DNA from: Ranitomeya imitator
Taxonomy: Eukaryota
Direction of reading: 5' to 3'
NCBI RefSeq assembly: GCF_032444005.1
Contig: NC_091291.1
Location: forward strand, 7,998,001 to 8,062,000
Length of the DNA: 64,000 nt
The position numbers and the translations under genes were made by a program. Positions 1 through 9,668 of this stretch are shown here, one piece after another; position 1 is the stretch's first letter; every line of letters starts with the position of its first letter. The notes beneath the pieces were generated by a model. The model was not told the DNA's origin, searched no databases, and saw only the letters and a program-made list of their open reading frames with translations.

Positions 1-2497
1 CCACCCATCTGCATGAAGAGAGCGGCCATCGATGCCGCCAGCACCTCTGCCAGCAAGAAGCTCAAAGTTGACTGGTGTGATAAACTGAAAATACCGAACT
101 CGCAGGCGTTAACGCAGGCCGTGATCATGAATTACAACTGCGCATTTGAGAAGACGAGAAACACAAGGTACGTGACCGATGGTAAAGCGTTACACTCCAG
201 AGCTGCACTCACTATTCTTCAGGTTTCAGCTCCTGAATACTTTCAGTTGAGGGTTTGTTACCGTGTATCGGTGCAGGTAATCTCCTCCTGGCTTCACTGA
301 TACACTGTAACGAGTCTTCAGCAGGTTTGAGGTATATTTTGCATTCACTACTGGTTTCTTTTACAGACCAAAGCGTAAGATGAGTGAAGCGTTCGTGCAG
401 GAGATTGTGGACCTGGACTTGGTGGATAATGAAGATCCCTTTATGATCATGAATGGGTGAGTCCTGCTGCTCAGGGTCGGGGTTGTGCTGCCTCGGGGTC
501 GGGTCGGGGCCACTTGTTTGGGTCTGAACTTTTATTTTTTTTCACCATGGTTTAGGCTTCTTCTTGACCTCACTGTGGATGTGAAAACCGAATTTCCAAT
601 GTCAGAATCGGCAAGAGAGTCTCCGGTCTCCGATCACGCGGAAGGTAACGGGGAGTGCGGGGTCCCCAATATCCAGCACCGTCCTCTCCTGTAACTGATA
701 AGTCTGGTTCTGGGAAAGCTGGATGACAGGATAGCTGAGGTCATCTCTCTTAGAAGAGTTGTCGCTGCCACCACTTTGCTGGAGTTATTGGGGGTCTTCT
801 GTCTCCATCTTTACAGATTTCTCCCCCAATTTTGACAACTTTGAGGACCGATTTCTGGAGGAGAAGGAGAAACTGTTAGTGAAGAGAGGCAGCCCGCACC
901 TGCGCTTCGAGATCATCAGCGAGGACGGCTTTTACACCCAGTCCGACAGCGCTGAAGGTACGGGCAGCGATGAGACCACCCATAATGCTGAGCTTAAGGG
1001 GGTCCCCAGCCCAGCCCCCTCTTAGACTTCTTCCGCTGTCCATGGCTGAGCAGTGATCTGCTGACTGTTCTGTAATTTTCAGTCACTGACAACTTCCTCC
1101 ATAAATTGCATTGGTGACACCTGCAGGGAGTTGTCAGACCCCGCGCCCCTCCATAGTTTGAGCTGCTGAATAGAGATGGAGGATTTTGGTTTTCAGATTT
1201 GACTTCTTCCCATTCAGATGCGTGGAGGAGGGTGGTGGAGAAGGTGCAGGAGGCGCGAGGTGTCGGGAGGCTCCGGCAGCTGTCATTCTACGGTGAGAGG
1301 GGGTGGTTGTCAGGCTGGGGTCGCCATCATGGGACCAGCGGTGCCCTTTGTACTGAGCGTTCCTCCTCTAGGTCTGAGCGGATCACGGATGCTGGGAGTT
1401 CAGCACGACGCCGTCCTCTTCCTCCTGGAGCAGCTCATCGGAGCCGAGCGCTGCCGCGGGTACAAATTCCTCTTCCATCCGCAGGAGGTAGAGGAGGAAG
1501 AGCTGCTGATCAACGCGTCTGGGTGCGCGCGGAGCGAGTTCTATGTCCGGTACGTGCAGGCGCCGCTGATCTCCCCCATACTTGGTGCGTTGGTCTATTT
1601 AGATTTTTCTCATTTTATATTTTTTCCGGACAGGAAGAGCACATTTGACATGTTCAATTTCCTGGCGTCGCAGCACCGTAACTTGCCGGAGCTGTATGCA
1701 AACGAGGAAGAGGAGGAAGAGGTGCAGCTGAAGTCCACCAGGTACTAGGATGGCGCCGCTCTGCCGGGAAGGGGGTCACTTGTTTTTGTACGCACACCTT
1801 AACCTTTTGAATGCTGTATTTTCAGACGAGCAACGAGTCTGGATCTCCCCATGGCGATGAGGTTCAGGCACCTGAAGAAAACGTCCAAAGAAGCGGTGGG
1901 GGTCTACAGGTAAGTGGGGGTCCGGCTGTCTGCACCACGCGACCTCGCCGTGTCCTGACAGTCTCCTCCTTCAGGTCCGCCATTCACGGCCGGGGGCTGT
2001 TTTGTAAAAGGAACATCGATGCCGGCGAAATGGTCATTGAGTATTCCGGCAACGTGATCCGCGCCGTCCTGACCGACAAGCGGGAGAAGTACTACGATAG
2101 CAAGGTAAAGCAGCAGCGCCAATATGGCGGCTTTCCTGTTTCCTGTCAATGGAAGCATAAATGTTCACGAACGTCGAGAGGATCGCGGCGGCGGAGACTG
2201 ACCCGCTACCTTCTGTTCCAGGGCATCGGCTGTTACATGTTCCGCATCGATGACTTTGACGTGGTGGACGCCACGATGCACGGGAATGCGGCGAGATTCA
2301 TCAACCACTCGTGCGAGCCCAACTGCTACTCCAGGGTGATCCATGTGGAAGGCCAGAAGCACATCGTCATCTTCGCCCTCCGGAGCATTTACCGCGGCGA
2401 GGAGCTGACCTACGACTACAAGTTCCCCATCGAGGATGCCAGCAGCAAGCTGCACTGTAACTGCGGTGCCAAGAAGTGTCGCCGATTCCTCAACTGA
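1..2497 (+). CDS. KMT2B: Histone-lysine N-methyltransferase 2B, 3' part (FYRC, SET, post-SET); 5'-partial
   Basis: GT-AG exons in frame: <1-167 (tentative), 367-456, 556-644, 817-957, 1218-1292, 1372-1549, 1634-1741, 1826-1909, 1975-2104, 2222-2497. FYRC motif [15 protein letters not shown] motifs [10 protein letters not shown]...[13 protein letters not shown]...EELTYDY, post-[11 protein letters not shown]. Residues SAIHG/YSG/DDFDVVD/VIHVEG and synteny with U2AF1L4/PSENEN favour KMT2B over KMT2A. Confidence 0.93.
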
Positions 2498-3187
2498 GGC
2501 CAGCCGGCTGCGGAGGTGCTGGCACTTCCCATGGCGGACCACCACCGAGCCTCCCTGACCGGGCTGAGAAAGATCAATGGTGCTTCTCTCTGCGCAGAGG
2601 CGAGCAGCACTGGAAACCGCACTTTACCCTCTGTCCTGAAGGGCAGCTCCTCTCCTTCCTCTCAGGGTCCTCTCTAGATTCCTCCCTCGCTCGCTGCTGC
2701 TTCCAGGTTGTTGGCCCTCCTCTCCCCCGAATGGCGTCTCACAGCTAGGGGGCAGTAGGTGGTCTCTCTCTTTTTAACCAGTGCTTTTTCTTAGATCACT
2801 CCCATCGGATGATGACCGATCCAAATGTCGGGGAGCCAAGGAACAAACACGAGTTCCTGTTTTTTGGGGGTGACAATCATTTTTTATTCCTTTTGCTGCT
2901 AATGACCTTCCCAGACCTGAAAAGGTTAACGTCCCCCGATTTTCCCATCTGCATTGTATCATGGCGTTCTCTTGATTTTTTTTTTTTCTTTTCTCTCTTC
3001 CGGGGGGACGAGCGGCGATCGTGACGCCGTCCTGAGAATATCAGCTGCGGACGGCGTGCGCAGACTTGTACATACTTGTATAAAGATTTGTAAGGACGGT
3101 GTTTTGTTTTTTTTTTTCTATGCACTTTTTTTTATTTAAGGACTTGCTGGAGAACAATGGTTCATGTCTCACCTGTTTAGCGTTTTA

Positions 3188-3193
3188 AATAAA
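3188..3193 (+). terminator. Polyadenylation signal of KMT2B
   Basis: AATAAA about 690 nt after the stop codon, followed by a T/GT-rich tract. Confidence 0.6.
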
Positions 3194-3750
3194 AGGAACA
3201 TTTTGCCATTTTGGTGTTTTGGGTGAAGAAGTTTTGGGGCGTCCATCGGTGCGATGGAGGTGGGGGGATAGCGCTTGTCACCAGGTTATTTCGGATGAAC
3301 GCCGCACACATGGCCGGGGGATCGGCAGATCTAGCAGTTGAGTGTACGGAGGTGCCAGACCTTCCAGCGACCGCGTCAGTACTCGTTGCTACCATACCGG
3401 AGACCACCTGTCGGATCGCCATCTCTTGCTTTGTCGGCCTGACACTGCGTCATCCTTGTGATGTAAACATGTATCCAGTGCGGAGGCTTTACTGCAGAGC
3501 TGGGCATAGTGCGGACCACATCCGGCCGTGTGCATGCTCCAGTCTGCCCCCCCCCCCCCCCCCCCAAAAAGGCTAAAAACACCGGCCAACGGCCTGCCCA
3601 CATCTGATGGCACCACCGTCCTCAGGATGCAGACAGCGCTGAATACGTCGGTGGAGGACGGGGTCGCTGGCAGTGTGATGACGTCACTACATCGTGTCCA
3701 ATGTGTGGAGTCAGAGGGACGGGAATGGAGAAAATGTGCCTGTATATATA

Positions 3751-4220
3751 GGAGGGATGTGTTGGGGCTCGTGCTGTATATAGGAGGGATGTGTGGGGGC
3801 TCGTGCTGTATACAGGAGGGATGTGTTGGGGCTCGTGCTGTATATAGGAGGGATGTGTGGGGGCTCGTGCTGTATACAGGAGGGATGTGTGTGGGCTCTC
3901 GCTGTATACAGGAGGGATGTGTGTGGGCTCGCGCTGTATACAGGAGGGATGTGTTGGGGCTCGTGCTGTATATAGGAGGGATGTGTGGGGGCTCGTGCTG
4001 TATACAGGAGGGATGTGTGTGGGCTCTCGCTGTATACAGGAGGGATGTGTGTGGGCTCGCGCTGTATACAGGAGGGATGTGTTGGGGCTCGTGCTGTATA
4101 TAGGAGGGATGTGTGGGGGCTCGTGCTGTATACAGGAGGGATGTGTGTGGGCTCTCGCTGTATACAGGAGGGATGTGTGTGGGCTCGCGCTGTATACAGG
4201 AGGGATATGTGGGGGGCTCA
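3751..4220. repeat. Minisatellite, ~32-33 bp unit, ~14 copies
   Basis: Unit GGAGGGATGTGTKGGGGCTCGTGCTGTATAYA repeated in tandem. Confidence 0.9.
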
Positions 4221-5306
4221 TGCGGTGTGTACTGTAGGAGGGCTATGGGGGGGTCATACTTAATTTGGCTCAATATTAAGTGATCTGAACATAACTGTAT
4301 ATTGTAATAATACTGAGCAGACTTAATTTTGGCCTTCAGATCAGTCAGTCTCTCATGTGACCCCTTGCCCGCCTCTGCTCTAGAGTATTCTGGAGTCATT
4401 TTTGAACCAATATCCAGAAGACCAAAAAATTCCATTACAAGAAAAAGAAAAATTATCTAAAAAATGTTTAATTTTGATCAAGTAGTTTAAAAGCTGCCCT
4501 AACCTCCCTCTCCCCCAAAGGCTCCTATATAATCGCGGGAATACATGTACCCAAATTCTCAACAATTTTGTGATAAAGCTGTACTCCTGCAGCTAGTAAT
4601 TGCGGTTTCATAATTTAGAAGCTTACAATGTTAGAGTTGGAAGGGACCTCCGGGGTCATCGTGTCCAACCCCCGGATCAATGCAGGAGTCACTAAACCAT
4701 CTCAGACAGATGTCTGTCCAGCCTCCGAAGACTTCCATTGAAGGAGAACTCACCACCTCCGTTCATTGATCACCCTCCTAATACCTAATCTGTATCTTCT
4801 CCCTTTCAGTTTCATTCCTTTTGCTTCTCGTGCTTCCATGTGCAAATCAGGATGATCCCTCTACACTGTGACAGCCCTTCAGATATTTGTAGACGGCTAT
4901 TAAGTCTCCTCTTAGTCGTCTTTTTTTGCAGCTAAATATTCCCAGATCCTTTTACCGTTCCTCATAGGACATACTCTGCCGTCCGTTCACCATCCTGGTC
5001 GCTCTTCTCTGAGCTTGCTCCAGTTTTCAATGTATTTTTTACAATGTGGAGCCCAGAACTGGACCCAGTATCCAGATGAGGCCTGACCAAGGAGGAGTAG
5101 AGGAAGAATTACTTCACGTGATCTACATAGTGGATGCTTTCCTGAAACGGAAAGTACTTGCAAGCAGCATAATACAAAGAATAGCAGGTTTACCCAGAAT
5201 CCTTTGCAGTAGGCGGAGCTATGCAAATCATCTCTTTCCACCCGTCTAATCCACAGCGCTTGGAACCGCCAAGCGTGCAATGCTGCAGATTAGTTTCTAA
5301 ATTTAC

Positions 5307-5386
5307 ACAGCCAACCAATTCCTACCTGTGGACACGTGTTTCGGGCTTTAGGCCCTCATCAGCACAGGGCTGGAATTGGGTGGCTG
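5307..5386 (-). ncRNA. Type I hammerhead ribozyme, mirror copy on the minus strand
   Basis: Reverse complement of the 5497-5577 motif; core at 5325-5368 is identical, with one mismatch in the stem I extension. Confidence 0.9.
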
Positions 5387-5496
5387 TATGAGTGGGGCTC
5401 GGTGAGCAAGCGATACATACATGCTAGCCACCTTTTAAGCCACCTTTTAAGGTGGCTAGCATGTATGTATCGCTTGCTCACCGAGCCCCACTCCAT

Positions 5497-5577
5497 ACAG
5501 CCAACCAATTCCAGCCCTGTGCTGATGAGGGCCTAAAGCCCGAAACACGTGTCCACAGGTAGGAATTGGTTGGCTGT
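5497..5577 (+). ncRNA. Type I hammerhead ribozyme with extended stem I
   Basis: Core CTGATGA 5522-5528; stem II GGGC/GCCC with loop CTAAA; GAAAC 5542-5546; palindromic ACGT loop III; GTC cleavage triplet 5551-5553; stem I CCTGTG/CACAGG; internal loop then a 16-bp extension 5497-5512/5562-5577. Confidence 0.92.
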
Positions 5578-6131
5578 GTAAATTTAGAAACTAATCTGCA
5601 GCATTGCACGCTTGGCGGTTCCAAGCGCTGTGGATTAGACAGGGGTGGAAAGATGATTTGCATAGCTCCGCCTACTGCAAAGGATTCTGGGTAAACCTGC
5701 TATTCTTTGTATTATGCTGCTTGCAAGTACTTTCCGTTTCAGGAAAGCATCCACTATGTATTTCCTTTAAGTAGAGGGCTTTTCGGTCTCTTTTGTCCCG
5801 CTACATTTAGCCCAACTTGGGTCTCTCCCTAAGGTGGCTAGCATGTATGCTTCACGTGATCTAGACTCTATGCTTCTCTTATACATCCTAGAACTGTGTT
5901 TGCCTTATTTGCTGCTGCACCACATTGTTGATTCATGTGCAGTCTGTGATCTATTAGTATATCCAAGTCTTTTTCACACCTGCTGTTGCTTAGTTCTATT
6001 CCTCACAATTTATAGATCTTTTTGTTTTTCTTGCTCAGATATAGCATCTTGCATGTATCCCTGTTAAATACCATTCTATTAGTTGCTGCTTATTGTCTAA
6101 GATTATCTAGATCCTTCCTCTGTCTTCTCTA

Positions 6132-7680
6132 CGGGAAAGATATATATATTTGCACCGTGTTAGCCAGTAGATAGAATTGAGAATCCTCAGTGGTTGTTCC
6201 CTTTTAATGGCTAACTGAAAAGATGGTAACAAATTGCAGCTTTCGAGACAACACAGGTCTCTATCAGGAAAAGACTAAAAGAAATTCTGAAGAATCAAAT
6301 TTATGCACAACATAGCACAGAAAAAACCCCCAAAACAAACCATGGATAAGACAGGTGACATGAAGCAGAATTACCATGAGTGATAAACAGTTATGTCCAT
6401 AAATGTTGGACCGGTTCTTAGATAAGGAATGTTTTCTTGTCCTCTGATTAGGGTCTCTGTTGTGATGACCCTCATAGTCTAAGGGGCAAGTTCCTTAGTT
6501 GATGTAAAAAGACATAAATCCATGCGACACATTCATTCCTGCAGTAAGACTGTCAAAGGTCGTCATCAGTTTATATTCCCATACTGTCTCTCAGATTTGA
6601 AGCTACCTTTTAACACAAGTAATTTCATGTCCATAATGTTATGATTTGGGAGACAGAAATGTATTGCCACAGGTAGATCCATTCTTTTTTCTCTTATTGT
6701 ATGGCGATGAGAGTTCATCCTTGTTCTCAGTTTCTGCCCTGTCTCCCCCACATACAGACCCCAGTTGGACATTTAGTACAAATAGATGCATCACATTAGA
6801 ATTGACGCAGCTGAAAGTACCTGGGATCTTGTAGTCCTGATGTGAAATGGGGATCTAAGAAGCATCATTGTCAAGAGCTCCCTGTCCTCTCCAACAGCTG
6901 CAGATACCTTTCCTTGCAATCAGAAAAAAATGTAAAACCTGTCCATTTATAATGACCACGGACAAGATAAAGATCCCCAATTCACATCAAGACTACAAGA
7001 TCCCAGGTACTTTCAGCTGCGACACTTCTAATGTGGTGTACCTAATTATTTGTACTAAATGTCCAACTGGGGGTCTGTATGTGGGGGAGATAGGGCGGAA
7101 ACTGAGGACAAGGATGAATTCTCACCGCCACACAATAAGAGAAAAAAAGAATGGATCTACCTGTGGCAATACATTTCTGTCTCCCAAATCATAACATTAT
7201 GGACATGAAATTACTTGTGTTAAAAGGTAACTTCAAATCGCAGAAAGACAGGAGAGTCTGGGAATATAAACTGATGATGACCTTTGACAGTCTTAATGTA
7301 GGAATGAATGTGTCGCATGGATTTATGTCTTTTTACATCATCTAAGGAACTTGCCCCTCAGACTATGAGGGATCATCACAACAGAACCAGACCCCGACTC
7401 CAATCAGAGGACGATAAAACAATCCTTATCTAAGAACTGGTCCAACATTTATGGACATAACTGTTTATCACTCATGGTTATTCTGCTTCATGTCACCTGT
7501 CTTATCCATGGTTTGTTGTTTTTTTTCTGTGCTATTTTGTGCATAAATGTGATTCTTCAGAATTCCTTTTAGTCTTTGCCTGATAAAGAGACCGGAGTAG
7601 TCTCGAAAGCTTGCAATTTACCATCTTTTCAGTTCACCATAAAAAAGGTATCAACCACTGAGGACTCTCAAATCTAAATA
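6132..7680. mobile_element. Penelope-like element (Neptune-type GIY-YIG 3' region) with inverted duplication
   Basis: Plus copy ~6860-7680 encodes CKTCPF...NVVYLIICTKC...LYVGEIGRKLRTRMNSHR (GIY-YIG, frameshifted at the A-run near 7145). An inverted copy lies at ~6150-6858. Near-TSD GTCTTCTCTA (6122-6131) / GTCTTCGCTA (7681-7690). Degenerate minimal hammerheads at ~7576-7616 (+) and ~6234-6270 (-). Confidence 0.85.
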
Positions 7681-9218
7681 GTCTTCGCTATCCCTCCTAG
7701 CTTTACATCATCTGCAAATATGATCAGTTTACCTTCAACATTTTTATAAATGATCTAGATAAGGGAACTGAACAACACTGGAGCCAGGACAGAGCCTTGT
7801 GGTACCCCACTTGTAATGCTGGGGCCAGGACAGAGCCTTGTGGTCACAATTTGAAACACTTCCAATTGAATGTGCAACCATTTATTACCACTCTGAGTAC
7901 GATCACTGAGCCAGTTATGAATCCACCTAACCGTAGCCTTGTCAATCCTACACTTGGTCATTTTTTCAATAAGGATAGTATGAGATACTTTATCATATGC
8001 TTTGATGAAATTGAGATATACTATATCTACCACATTTCCTTTATCCACCCAGTCAGTGATTCCATCATAGAGAGATTAGTCTGGCATGACTTGTTTGGTA
8101 CAAAGCCATGCTGGCTCTGGTTAATTACTGTATTCTAACCTGCATGCTGTGTACTAATGTGTTCACAGATCTTTCCTAGTATAGAAGTAAGGCTCACGAG
8201 CCTGTAATTTCCTTGCTCCATCTTGGTCTTACCCCAGCCTATTTGCTGCTTTCATATCATACCGAACTGGAGTGCAGTGATGGGTCAGACACGGTATCAT
8301 CCCCCATAGTTGTGAAAACAATCTTCTGCATCAGCTGAGCCCTGGAGTCTGCCTGTTTACACGGACCACCAGTCCGTAAATGTTACACGCCTATTCACAG
8401 AGCAGACCGCGGAACACAATGTACAGTGAGCGATCTGTGCACACGTGCTGCCGAGAACTATGGCAGCCCAAGTCCTGTTTATATGACTATATACTGCCGA
8501 GAACAATGATTAAACCCAATGAACAAGCGCTTTACTCACAGCGGCGGCCGCCTGTTTACACCGCAAAATAATCATGAAACTACTCCATCACGATAATCTG
8601 TAAATGCAGCGTTAGTGAAACACAGGTGCTGCTCCTCCATCACTGCCATCATCTGTACTCCAAAGGAGCATGGTCTGCAAAAAATCCAGGAAATTATTAT
8701 ATAGGAATGAAGACAAATCTGATAATGATCTGTAAAAAGTTATTACTTCACCTATACTGTAAAAAAGTACCCTTTTGTGTTTTACCCTTTAGTAAAAAAA
8801 AAAAAAAAAAAAAGTACCTTTTTGTGCTTTGTATAGAATAGATGGTGGTACCGTTGCTCTCCAGTGTTACACCCCCCACCTGCTGCAGAACTACAACTCC
8901 CAGTTTTCTTAGCTGATGGTTTGTGCTTTAGGAAGCCGCTGACACAGGAGCAGTCACTTTCCGTGAATGTCATTTTTGTCTGGTGGTGATGAGAGTTTAA
9001 TGGCCGCCTACCATGCTCACCTTTCTCGACGAGGAAAGTGACTGCGCCCCTTTAATAACCACAATGCGGTGGGTCATACCGTTTTCAGAAATGTGCCCGA
9101 TCTGCCCCCTCCTCACTTATTCCGTGCTCTTTATCCAGCGACTGATAAAGAAATCTAAGCTTGGTGCCCCCGGCGTCAGTAAAGAAAAGCGCATGGCGGT
9201 GATTCTGGGGATTAACTA

Positions 9219-9224
9219 TTTATT
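9219..9224 (-). terminator. Candidate polyadenylation signal of U2AF1L4
   Basis: TTTATT on + (AATAAA on -), about 445 nt past the U2AF1L4 stop. Confidence 0.5.
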
Positions 9225-9668
9225 AAACCAATAATGTAATAAAAAGGGAGGCTGCATCATCAATGAGCACAGACATCATGGAGGACAGAGGCCGAGAGAA
9301 AGTTCAGCAAAGGAAAGAAACCTCGGATGGCTCGGTGCTTCGGACACTACGACTGGCAGACAAATACAAAAGAGGGACGGGGGGCATAAAAGGGATCTGT
9401 ACGTTAAAAAGCCGCCACAGACAGTAGTCAGGAATAGGGGTCCTCCTTGCAGAAGCCCGGGGGCCTCCCTGCTGGCTAGGCGGCATTTTTAATGTAGGAG
9501 TCCTATCCAATATGGTGGGCGATTCCTGGTCCCCTATAACTGCTGGGCAGAGACCAAGCACCGCTGCCTAAACCCCCCACACCGGGCCTGACCCCGTCTG
9601 CTGGAAGGTGAGGACTACGGACAGTTTGGTGCCAGGAGACTGTGGCTCCTCTTCATCTTCTTGACCCT

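Larger units (their letters stand above)
5126..5849. mobile_element. Non-autonomous hammerhead-ribozyme retroelement (retrozyme/satellite-2-like) with fold-back structure
   Basis: Flanked by a 14-bp direct repeat CTTCACGTGATCTA (5112-5125, 5850-5863). Arms 5124-5434 and 5449-5760 are ~98% inverted copies. The 382-bp unit 5449-5830 is followed by 19 nt of terminal redundancy (5831-5849). No coding capacity. Confidence 0.85.
4623..8225 (-). mobile_element. Degenerate CR1-type LINE, split by two younger insertions
   Basis: Minus-strand RT remnants: GNYRLVSLTSI, QHGFVPNKSCQTNL, DIVYLNFIKAYDKVSH, GVPQGSVLAPVLF, REVILPL..VQFWAPHCKK. CR1-like 3' end (GTTGGAAGGGACC on +) near 4630. Frameshifts and stops present. 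Confidence 0.88.

Noticed and set aside
1-2497. Calling the SET gene KMT2A
   Set aside because: Diagnostic residues and neighbours (U2AF1L4, PSENEN, LIN37, HSPB6, PROSER3) fit KMT2B.
3389-4435. 348-aa minus-strand ORF
   Set aside because: Mostly the 32-33 bp minisatellite; flanks show no recognisable homology.
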